In this document: piece by piece, positions 13,929 to 25,275 of the stretch
Position numbering within the stretch: position 1 is the stretch's first letter
How the letters are laid out: every line of letters starts with the position of its first letter
Source: Chromera velia
Taxonomy: Eukaryota
Length of the DNA: 59,054 nucleotides
Direction: 5' to 3'
Assembly (NCBI GenBank): GCA_018398765.1
Contig: JAHBMJ010000029.1
Location: 1-59,054, forward strand
Notes under the pieces: model-generated
The model's input: the letters and a program-made list of their open reading frames with translations, nothing else
Database searches by the model: none
Told to the model about the DNA's origin: nothing
Made by a program: the position numbers and the translations under genes

Positions 13929-16337
13929 ACAGAGAACGCATACGGCGTGGTTTGTGGCTTAAGTAAGAAAGCAGTTTTCTTTCTTTGACGTCTGAAATCG
14001 CCTGAGAGAGAACAGGCAGGAACAAAAATGGGCACAGAGAGAGAGAGAGAGAGGTTGACTCCGTCAGGCAAAGACAGAAAACATAAGAAGACAAGGAAGG
14101 TCAAAGACTTCCAAGACAGCATGTACAGATCAGACAGAAGCATCATCGTACAGACAAAGAGGAGATCGAGGAAGGAGATGAAAGGAGAGGAGAGGAGAGG
14201 AGAGGAGAGGAGAGGGAAGAAGAGAACAGGACTCACTAAAGAGATAGAAAGAGAAAGTGGGGGTATGCCAGATTTCCCAGTCCGTTCCACGTCCCATTCA
14301 ACTCCCTCACAAAAGAAAAAACAAAACAACAAAAGCCGGAAACACTAACATCCACTCCAACGTCTGCAGGCCCCCACCTCTAGCACAACTTCACAAGAAG
14401 ACGAAAAGAACGGACCGATCAGAAACGAGTAAGGCAAAAACAAAAACATATTTATTTTCTGTTTCCCTTCTTTCGATCAATCCCTGGAAAGAAAGACGAG
14501 ACGAGACCGGAAGAATGAAGAGAAAAACGCGCACACGAGAGATGACGAACAGAGAAGAAAAAGCCCAAGCGAAGTTTAATGATGAGGAACCGAATAATGG
14601 GTCCCTGTCATGGTCACTGACAGGCCTGCAGCAGCACCATTGGAAGGTAAGAAGACGCTCGCGTACCATCAGAATAGAAGAAAGAAAAGGCTGCAGCAGC
14701 ACTACCAATGGATTGATGAGAAACGAAAGAAAGAAACGAAAATGCACAAAGACAAAAAGAAAAAGATAAAAAAAAACAGAATGGAAAGAGAGAAATGATA
14801 ACATACAGCAAGTGGAACTGCAGCATCAGTGGCCCGACCGACCATTGGCGCTCGAGCGGTATTTACTGATAGTCAGTTGAGTGCGGGACGGACAAAAAAA
14901 CAGACAAACCCAAAAGGAGGTAAGGACAGGAAAACAAAGGAACAGGCAAAGTGTCAGTCCAGTCCAAAAAGCAGACAGAAACACCGACACGTAGCCTTCC
15001 TTGTGTCTTTACTTCTTTCTTGCGTGTGCATCAGGTCACACACACACACGCAAAGTCATACAGAGAAATAGGGAAAGAGAATGTAAGAACGATCACGCAC
15101 CGAGCAGGTTTTCCAAGTCTGCCCCTGCCTGCCTGTGTATTCTGTACATGTATGTCCTCCTTCTCTGCTTCTCCCCTCCCTCTCCGCTCTCATACAGAGC
15201 TTGCCGGAAGGGAGAGAGACGTGGGTTGGTTTCCTGCCTGGCACCCATACGTACGTAGACAGGTCAACAAACAGGCAAACTGGTGGACGGATGGATATGA
15301 CGAAGCAAGAGAGCGCCATTCGCTTCTCCTTCGTCTCTTTCCCGGACACTGATAGCGCGGTTGAAAGCTCGAATGGAACAAAACTCCTTTCAGATCTCTC
15401 CATCGAGTGCATAGACACAAACACTCGCACAAGGCATGCATGCAGCAATGACGAAAGCATCAATGAAGTGAGTTTGACACACAAGACATTCATTCATGCA
15501 GTCGGTGGACCCTCAACCATGCAAGCTTCCACCCTCACTCCCAACCAACGACACCAGCAGCAGCGGCGCTCTCCCTGTTTCTCTTCTGATTGCCTTCCTC
15601 TGATCTTCAGACTGCAGCAGCAGCGACAACGGCAGCCGGGACAGCAGCATCAATCAGACAGGCAGGCAGAGAGAGTTTCTCTCTCTCTCTTGTAGAGGTT
15701 GAGACAGGCAGACAGACCGACAGACTCTTGCAAGGCAAGGCAAGGATCTGTGAAAGAGAGCGAGAGAGAGAAGGGAAGAACAGACGAAAAAAGGGAGAGA
15801 GACAGCAATGTGTTGTCGCATCTGCAGCTCTCACGATTCTTTTCAAGCCTTTGTCCTTTCACTCAGTAGCAGCAGCAGCAGCAGCAGCCGCAGCAACACA
15901 AAGACGAAAAATGCAGAGTGAGTTTTCAAACAGGAAGAAAGGGAGGAAAGAAGAATTAATTAAGAAACCCATCTCTCTGCACCCACCCAACGCTGTAATC
16001 GTCGAAGACGGCAGTGAAGAAAAGATGAGAAGAAGAGTGAGTAGACCATTTCAAATTCGTTCATCCATTCACACATACATACAGATTCCTGATCCCTTCC
16101 CCCCCTCCCGTTTGTCTCCAAACCCGACTCAGAAGATTCCTCTTCCTTCCTTCTTCCTTCCCTCTCTCCTCGAGATTCCTTCACTTTCTTCTTCTTCTTC
16201 TACGCACCCACATCCGTTCTCCGTACCTTCGCATTCCTTCTCAACTATTTCACTCCCTCAAACCCCCTGCCATACGGAGGACTCTATCTTCATTTGTTTG
16301 AAGCGACTAAGGGCAATCAGTCAGTCAGTCAATCTCT

Positions 16338-19300
16338 CTAGCCTGGACTCTTTTTCCCCTCAACAGCAGGTGAGCCTCCAGCAGATGCGGCTGTTGCTGT
16401 CCCCTCCGCCATTCCCCCTGCCACAGAAGAAACACGACGAGGCCCGTGAGTGGGGGACATCCGGAAGGCAGACACTGCACGAACTTTCCGGAGCGCACAC
16501 AGCCAGCACGCGCTTGCACTAGTCGAGTCATGCCTACACACACCGAACCCGACTCCCAAATTGGGACCCCCATCAGCCGGCTGCTGGTCCGGCTTCTTGC
16601 TTTCAAACGGCAGCGGGGGTTTGCTTCCCTTCTCCCCCTCTGCAGCTGTCCCTCCCGCATCACTTTCTGAAACAGCATCTGTCAGGGTGGGGGGGCGCTT
16701 TGAAGCGCTGGGCCCCTCAGGTTTTTCTGATGACACTGATGCTCCCGAAGCCTCACTCTCCCTCTTTAAAGCTGCTCCACCAGGCTGCCCCGTCTCCCCC
16801 TCTGCCTCTTTGTTCTCCCCTCCTCCTCCTCCTGCTTGGCTAGGCCCTGCCTCAGCCCCTTCTTGGTGATCCGAACAAGACCACGGCCAGAGGTCTACAG
16901 CAGTCTGGCTTTCCTGTGTGCGCATGGGGGCTGACGCCATTCTACGGTAGAGCATCCGGTCGACCTCTGGGTTTGCATGCACCTGCACTAGGTTCGGCAT
17001 GTTATGAGCCGACCGAGCGCGCATGAGAGAGATGGCCTTTGCAACAATGAGGCTGGCTCTACCCCACTCGGTGATGCTTGTGGGTCCGGGAACTGGCCCC
17101 ATTGTCCCCCCGACTGGTATCCCCCCCATCCCCCCGTTCTGTGTTTGTCCCCCCAACCCCTTTGTCGGGTTCATCCCATCCTTCGCCGAGGAAGACTGAG
17201 ATGCAGACGCTGCCCCTTGCTGCTCCTCCTGCGGCACTTGTGCAGAGGCAGAGCCCTCCTTGGCCGCCTCTGCAGTGCCAATGCCTGGCGGACAGGAAAA
17301 AGGGAGGGGGGGGGGTCCGATGGCCGAGAGCAAATCAGACGCGGCATCTCGGACACAAGCGGAGGGACGGACGGGCATTGATTGAACAACGTTCGCGTTC
17401 GTTTGAGGAACGCAGGAAAAGAACAGACTTGAAAAGGAGCGGTCGGACTCTGCAACTTCTTGACCCTCCCCATGCCCTCCTTTCTCCTCCTCTCCCTCTT
17501 CTTCTGCCTTCTCTTTCCCTTTCTGCTCAACAGCACCCGCTTCCTCATCGTCGTGTGTCAGATTGACCTCCTCCTCCCCTCCCTCTTCTTCTCCTTTCGT
17601 CCGCTCCTTTGCAGGAGCACAAACTTCAACAGGGGTCTGGGTACTCTCTGAAGTTCTATTCGCCAACCCCCCCCTCTCCTGTCCTTTCTGGTGACCGCAC
17701 TCTGTACTCAGCATCACCCCTGCCGTTCTCTCTACTGTCGACGTAGAGGACGTCCAAGAACTCTGACTACTCGAGTTCACTGCCAGCTGGTTGGCCGTCT
17801 CAGAGTTGGGGGGGAAGATTCCGGAGTTGTTCACTTCGTCCTCTGCCTCCGCGAGGAGAGCTGAGAGGTCCACAGGGTGTAGACTGAGGAGGGCATCGAT
17901 GTCGTCACTAACTGCTGCTGCGGCTGCACTTGCAGCATCTACAGGGGGGAAGGAGGTGTTGGCGTCTAGGCCGAGCGCAGGAGCAGGGGGGGGCCAGAGG
18001 GCTCCTCCCGCTCCTGCCTGTACCAGCGTCTGCGTGCTGATCTGCACGTGGGCCATCGGATCTTCGGGGATTGCTGGCAGGGTTCCCTCTCTTTCTCTCC
18101 GCACGGCTCTGAGACCTTCAGGCGCGGGGACAGACAGGGTGCCCACTGATGGGTGCTGAGACGGCTCTGTGGCCGGGGGAGGACGTCTCACTGCCTGCTG
18201 CTGCTGCTGGGGCATTTCCGGTTGAACAATCCCAGCTGTGGAGAGGGAGTTGTTTGAAAAGGCTGTCGGGGCCGCGGAGGGTGCCCGAAAACGGGCGGGA
18301 TGGAAGGAGGGGGGCTGCATTGGTTGCAAGGGGGGTTGTTGACTTTGAGGAGGTGGAACGGATGACGGCTGTGGGACATGCGGAGAGGGCCCACGGGGGG
18401 GCGGAGTTTCAGGCGGGGGGGGGGGGGGAAAAGAAAAGCCTGTCTGCGGACACGGCTGAGGAGGATGCATCATACCAGATGAAAGCTGCGACAAATACTG
18501 TGCTTGCTGCTGTTGCATCACCCCGGATGGAAACTGCTGCAACTGCGACTGTAGCGGGTATCCGGGGTGCTGCTGGACTGGGGGCACGTGGCCTGAAGAT
18601 GATGAGGACCCCATCAGCATGTCTGCTGTCTGCGGCTGCTGCCCCATGCTATGACTGAAGGATGCAGGATCTCCGGGGTGAAGAAAGGAATTCCCATTCC
18701 CTCCCAGCGCTCCATGCACTGCTTCTGCGTTCATCCCCTGCTGTTGCATCTCCAGCCATATCTTGAAGACGCTCGAGCCTGGTCGGAACCTCCGAGCACC
18801 CGACCCCGCCGCTGCTGGGGGGGGTGGAGGGACACCCGGGACCATCCCCGGTGCCGCAGGAACAGCAGGAGGAGGTGGGGGTCCTGTTTGTCCCGTGTGG
18901 GGAGCTGCCGGTGCCGACTCTGAATAGATAGAGGCTGCCACCGTCGACATGGACGCGCTTCTGCTGTCAGCCCTGCATGCATGCATGCAATGCAAAGTTG
19001 AAGCGGCAGAAATGTCAGGGCGCGGAACAGGGACGGGGTCAAGGCAGAGGGAGTTCAAAGCGCCAACTGTCCACACACTGAGAGACAGCTAGGGTAGCAG
19101 GGGTAGAGAGAGAGCCGGTCAGCCAAGGGCAGCGAGAAGAAACAGCAGTCCAGTCTGCTCGAGGGGGCACCGAAATGATTGTCAGCTGATGCTTACGAAA
19201 GGAGACGGAAGTAAAGGAAAGGAGCAACGCGCTCCTGTCCCATAGACGTCTTCAGGACACCCACAGGAACTCACCGTGTCTCAAAACTACGCGACGGTGG

Positions 19301-19441
19301 AGCATTTCTTCCCCAGAGCCTGCCCGCCCTGAAGAGCGCGCCTCTGTCCTGGCATTGGTGGAGGGGTGAGCCATGAGAAGAGGGGGCAAGGTTGGAGGAA
19401 GACACCACGCTTGAATGCGAAGAGACGGACTCTGAAGACAT
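16338..19441 (-). CDS. Pro/Gln/Ser/Ala-rich low-complexity hypothetical protein (at least 2 exons)
   Basis: Exon 1 (19441-19275, MSSESVSS...) has a gtgagt donor in phase 2. It joins a tgcag acceptor at 18972 and continues in the 912-codon open frame. No recognisable domain; the 3' end is uncertain. Confidence 0.65.
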
Positions 19442-20119
19442 ACTGCAGTCGAAAGAGATCCTGAGAGAAAGCGACCAGAGGTTCAAGCAAGCTGTCTCTG
19501 TGTTGGATCTACACACAGTTCGACAAGACTGATGTCGATCAACTGGCCCAAACAAGCGTGATCATAGCCAGAGAGGATAGGTGGAGAATTGGATTTCACA
19601 CAGCTATGTACAGATTGGATGCAATCGCTCAGACGCAAGACAGTCACGTCCCATTCAGGGTCTTGGTCTGTTCACATCCTTGGAATCGAAAAGGACTGAT
19701 GGTATACGCGATGCAACACGAAAAGAATTGGGCTGCTGGAAGGGCAATGAAGAACTTTCAAGAGTTGTCAGATCGCAGCAAAGGTTATAATTGTCCCGGA
19801 AAGTCTGTGGCACGCGGCCCGGAAAGCGAAAACCGCGCGTGCGCCGCCCCTATGCATGCATGAATGCAAAATTGACCCGGTCGGGCCTAGGCCATGGTAT
19901 TGGCCATGGCCATAGCCATAGCCGTGGCCGTGGCCTAGGCATTGGAGCTGGCGTCATAATGGCCCAAGGCCCATGCAGGCAGTCGCATGGTGCATGCATG
20001 GCAAGGTGGTTGGCCGACCGGGGATCACGCACTGACGCAAGCAAGCTTGCGAACGGCCCCGGAAAGCAAGAAAAATGATAATTGCTTGACGCACGCTATT
20101 CGTATGTACTAGATGCACG

Positions 20120-20155
<36 letters not shown>

Positions 20156-20799
20156 GATCTTTCCGATGTATCTGACGTACTCCGTATGAATAGCCTGGAA
20201 AGCAATCAAAATTAACTCTATTTGTTTTTACGCTTACTCATGTTGTGTTAAGTGCCCCCTCAGCTCTATTCCGGGACATGCATCTGCGTGCATCAGATTT
20301 TTCAATCGGAGATTCAGCATGCTCGACGTACATACGCGCGCTCCCACCCTATGCAACCCTTTGTAAGTGCCCCTCAGCTACGCTTTCTGGCCAAGCCCAA
20401 GCCGCCCGACCGGGTCCATTTGGCACGGAGCGCAGCGCAGTGCCAAGAGGTATTCCCGCGCGGCGAAGCGAATTCTGTTGTGGCCGCGGTCGCAATCGGT
20501 CGCAAGGCCGCAGATTTGAAAGGAGGAGTCATGTCAGCTATTATCAGCTAGAGGAAGTCACATCGCTGAGCCGCAGTATATATTAATACAATTGCTGAAG
20601 CATTGAGATTATATTAATATCGTGAACACACAGATACATAGTTGATCGACATTCGAGCTGTTCTGATTTCTTCCCGCGAGTCTTGTAGTCGACGACTTCG
20701 AAAAAGAGACGGAGAGAAGAGACGGAGAACATTTGCACGTTGGCTCATTTGATTTGGCAGCTACAAGGCAAGAGCAAAAAACGCAGAAGCAAGATACAA

Positions 20800-22133
20800 A
20801 TGTCGGCCGCAGATAAAAAGCCCGTGAAGGTCTCCATTCAGTTTTGCGGGGGCTGAGGGTACGACCCGAAGGCAGAAGTCAGTCAGGCTTTATTTTATTC
20901 GGGTCATTTTGTTTTCCGTTCTTTCCCGTCTCGTTCAAGCCTCTCGACAAATTCGAACTCTCTTCCGTTGTGCCGGATTTTCTCTTCTCAACGTGCTCCC
21001 TTGTTCACTGCCTGTGCGTTCTTGTCCGTGTGCAGGCTGCCAAGCAGCTTCTCCTTCACAAATTTCCTCAGGGGGTCGAAGTCGACCTGCTGAGAGACCC
21101 GGGGACCACCGGGAACTTTGAGGTAGCTTGTTTTTTTTTTCGCCTGCAGGCCTTGCATGAATGGTTTATTCACCCCTTTTCCCCCCTGCCCGCAACCTCC
21201 GAATTTTCCTTCTTTGTTTTGCTCGTGGTGTTTTTTCTTGAGGCAGTCGACTCGAGGAGAGTGGGCCAATGAAATTGAGACTCGAGATGTCTTCAAACCA
21301 AAAGCGAGAGAAATAGCTCGAATGTCTGACAAGTGTTCAAAACATCCAGGTGCGGACACAGGAAGGACATGAGGATACCCCATAAGAAACGTCCATTCGA
21401 GGGAACGCCAGCACGAACAGAATCTGAAAGAACCTGTTCATTGTTCTAATTTACGTAAGTGCCAACTTTCGGCTTTCGCGCTGCATGCGCAGAGCAGAGG
21501 AGAAACGAAAGCTGATGGCAATGTCACAGTGATGCAGTCTCGTCCTGTCTTCCTTTGCTTGAGAAATTTGACGTTCGAGTCAAAAGAAGAGAGGAACATC
21601 AATGCCTCATTCTCCCCCCCCCCCCCNCCTTCGCCTCTGCAGGTGAAGGTCAATGGAGAGCTGGTGAGTTCGCAGAAGAGCCCATAAAATCGTCTGTCAG
21701 TGAACCTTTGAATCCTTCAGTCTAAGTCTCAGTCTGAGTCTCAGGGGCTTGATCGTCACATCTGCCACTGGTCCTGTGCTGTCCAGTGGGACAGATGAAT
21801 TTCGCTTCTTCCTTGTGTGAATTCTGATGCTCTCCCACTGCTCTCTCTCATCTTTCTCTAGCTCGGTCTCTCTAAACCAGATTCTCCTCTCGCTCACTCT
21901 TGCCAGACCGCGTGTTGGTTTGGGTGGTCACCTCTACATCCACCGAGAGACAATGAAAGTTTGTCTCAGTCTCTCCCTCTCCCTCTGTCTCTCTCTTCTT
22001 CTCTCTCTCTCTCTCTGTCTCTCTCTCCTGTCCATGAAATGTAAGAATGCAAGCGTCTGTGAAGATACCGTATGCCGCATGCGATTGCACTAAATTATCT
22101 GAGCGTGCAAAGTGGAATAGTTTTGATACATGT

Positions 22134-22168
<35 letters not shown>

Positions 22169-22179
22169 TTCTCTCTGTC

Positions 22180-22250
<71 letters not shown>

Positions 22251-22261
22251 TTCTCTCTGTC

Positions 22262-22334
<73 letters not shown>

Positions 22335-22345
22335 TTCTCTCTGTC

Positions 22346-22416
<71 letters not shown>

Positions 22417-22427
22417 TTCTCTCTGTC

Positions 22428-22493
<66 letters not shown>

Positions 22494-23410
22494 TGTGTGT
22501 ATGCATGTGTATGCATGTGTATGCATGTGTGTGTGTATATGTGTGTATGTGTATGTATGTGTGTGCGTGTGTGTGTGTGTGTATGCGCGCGCGCGTGCAG
22601 GTCCACTCAAAGAAAACGGGGGGCGACGGGTTCCTCCACAACGACAAACAGAAGGTCTGTCTGTCTATCGGGGTTTACTTCAGTGCATTTCATTGATGTC
22701 TGTAGTCCTCTGCACGCGTGTGCTGGAAGGCTTCGCAGGGTTTCCTTCCAGTACCTCTCACCGGGCGCAGATTTCTCTATCTTCCTAAGTTGATCTTCTC
22801 TTTAGTGGTGGGGTCGTGTTTTTTTCTTTGCAGAGCCATTTTTTTTTCTTTCTGTGTTTTCGTTCTACCTGATTTATACATACTGTCTCTCTTCCCCTCC
22901 TCCTCTTCTATTGTTCTCTACTATCTTTCCCTCTGTTTTTTTTCTCTTGGTTTCGTTTCCTTCCCTTCCCTTGCTTCGCTTCTTCCTTTTTCCTGGTCTT
23001 CCGTCCTTCCTTTCTTCCTTCGGTCCTTGTTTTCTTCGTTCTTTACTACTTTGTTTTTTCCTGCCTTTCGTCCTTCCTTCCCCTTCCCCTCCCCCTCACC
23101 CACCCTCCTTCATTTTGCTTTTTGTCCTTTCTCAGCAAGAAGACATTCGCTGATTCACTCATTTATTCTTTCATTCATTCGTTTCATGATTGACCTGCTC
23201 GCTTCTTGCATAATTCTTCACTGTCTTCTGTTTCTCCTCCTGCTCCTCTCCCTCTTCCTCCTCCTCTCCTTCGATCGAACTGCTTGAATCATTTCCAAAA
23301 TGCGTCACTCTCCTAACTCTCTGACTCACTCCCTGCCTGCCTACTCTGACTTCATGCAGCAAGAGATCGTGAACGGGAAGATCTCGGAGGCCATTGCCTC
23401 CTCTGAGTAA
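20800..23410 (+). CDS. SELENOW: Selenoprotein W (Rdx/SelW family), 96 aa, with Sec encoded by the in-frame TGA at 20854-20856
   Basis: Exons 20800-20877, 21036-21122, 21643-21663, 22601-22654 and 23360-23410, all separated by phase-0 GT-AG introns. Translation: MSAADKKPVKVSIQFCGGUGYDPKAEAAKQLLLHKFPQGVEVDLLRDPGTTGNFEVKVNGELVHSKKTGGDGFLHNDKQKQEIVNGKISEAIASSE. It shows the CxxU motif and the SelW signature TGxFEVxVNGxLVHSKK..GDGF. Confidence 0.95.
22135..22582. repeat. Compound higher-order microsatellite [(GT)n-ACGATT-(CT)n] x4 in SelW intron 3
   Basis: The same ACGATT linker and CTCTCTGTCTCTCTCTGT pattern recur four times between GT and CT runs. Confidence 0.9.
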
Positions 23411-23884
23411 AGAGACAGAGAATTAAGGAGACAGAATGGAGGCAGGGAGGAGAGAAGAAAAGAAAAGAAAAGAGGAATCAAGGAGAGGGAGGCAGACGAT
23501 CTCAAGAGAGAGGCGGGCCCGTCTCATGTCAACACATCGTAAAACAGACGCACACTCATGCATGCAGAAAGAAGAAAAGAGACCGAAAGAAGCGAACGAC
23601 CCGGCCAATCAAGCATGCAGCTCTCTCTATCCAGACCGAAATAAAGGAGATCCATCGAACACTTCTTGAGAATCCTTGAGTGATTTGGTCAGCCAGTGAA
23701 GCAATCAATCAGACAGGGAAATTTCCATCCGAATGTGGGATGGAACTTCACCTCCAAAAGCACCGAACCGAACATCTCAGGGAAGGACTTGGAAGAACAA
23801 AAACATTCAAAGACGCAAGCCCGACTCAAAAGACTACCCGATGCTGACCCCGGGTTCTTCTCTCTCTCTCTCTCTCTGTCTCTC

Positions 23885-23915
<31 letters not shown>

Positions 23916-24106
23916 GAGGAACCGCCAACTACGCACTCACTCACTCGTTCACACACACACAGGCACACACACACACATACACACACACAAACGAGGAGAG
24001 GGAAAGAAGAAAGAATGCATGAATGTTGTGCCTTTTCTTGCCACTGCCTCCTTGAGGTGCATCTCGACCCTTTGTTCGTTCACTGTTCGTTTTGATGCTC
24101 GTCCTC

Positions 24107-24185
24107 GCGTCTAACGAAGGTGGGAGCTGTAAATCCGTGAAATCGGTCTCGGAGTGCTCCTGTCTGATTCTTCATTCCTTGACGT
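24107..24185 (+). promoter_or_regulatory. Candidate type II SECIS element for SelW with a non-canonical ACGA core
   Basis: Helix I is gcgtc/gacgt. The core is ACGAA (24114-24118) opposite TGAT (24165-24168). Helix II is ggtgggagc/gctcctgtc. An unpaired AAA at 24131-24133 sits 12 nt after the core, followed by the apical mini-helix tccg/cgga. It lies ~700 nt downstream of the SelW stop. Folded by eye. Confidence 0.7.
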
Positions 24186-25275
24186 TTCAATCGATATCTC
24201 CGATTCTTTGATTCTTCTGGTCGACTTGGAGAAGACGTGCGCAATGTTGGAAAGGGTACAGTAAGGGACAGAGGCGACGAGAACCAAAAGCAGACGAAGA
24301 CAGCTTTGGGGGGGAAGGAGGTCAGATTTTCCAGCTGGTTTGTCTGCTTGATGTAACTGATCTAGGAACTGATCGACCTCCCAAGCCGTCTTCTTGCTTT
24401 ATTCTGTCTTACAAGCGATCCTCTCTTTCTTGCGTTCCGTTTGTCCTTCATTATTCGGTCCGGAGGTCAAAGGAGATATTTGGTTAGCAGGTGAACGTCC
24501 GCAGTGAAGCAAAGGGTTCGATCGATCACTCTGAGGCATCATGCGAGATTATGCGAGCACAGCATCGACTAGCATCGATCTAAATAGAATTTCATCAATG
24601 TCGTACTTTACATTCTAGTTTACATTCCTTTATTCAAATTATACTGAATTATAGTAGTAAAACGACCTAGCTTAGGCTAGCTAGAACATGAACCGGCCGT
24701 TACATAGAACTTAAAATTGTGATCAATGTGATGGAATTCTAGATGGAATGTTCAATGTTACATGATGTATGGTCTGTTACTATCTGTAACAGAAGTTACA
24801 GGACTCTTTTTGCGTGCACCTGCTGATACAGAGTAATATGCACGGACATGGCTTTTTTTTTTACAATCAGTCTTTCATTTAATCTCAGTACATGAATATG
24901 CTAGTGTCTTTGTCTTAGACACTATCAGACCCGTTCGCAGACCCGTTCGCGTTGTCACAGACTCATAGCACGAAAAGGGGGGACAAGACAAGATGAGAAA
25001 GGTAAGGAGAAGGAAACCTAGAAGGAAACGCACATGTCACAATATGCAGGGAGACGCTGCACATGCAAAAGCACCATGAACCCTGTTTTCCTCGATCCTC
25101 CTCTCACTCAAACATAGTTAACACTTCACACACAGAGATGCATACGCAGAAACATCCATTCCCCTTAATTCTCTCTGTCGTGTCAACGATTAAGAGAGAA
25201 TCCACAAAAAAAGAAAACGATGAATGAATACGAAAAAAAAGAAGAAAAGGAGACTCTTCAAGAGAGAGATCCCGA

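Noticed and set aside
11900..16300. Many overlapping 60-310 aa ORFs
   Set aside because: They are low-complexity with no domain or consistent exon chain; probably a long UTR or intergenic DNA.
21872..22793. Long ORFs of HT/RE/CV/SL dipeptides, and similar ORFs at 49.4-49.9 kb and 51.2-51.9 kb
   Set aside because: These are translations of microsatellites in introns or repeats.
23735..23795. GGGA-type SECIS candidate (gggatggaacttcacctccaaaa...)
   Set aside because: Helix II pairs poorly, the 3' GA is out of register, and the segment is sequestered in the competing hairpin ttccatcc/ggatggaa.
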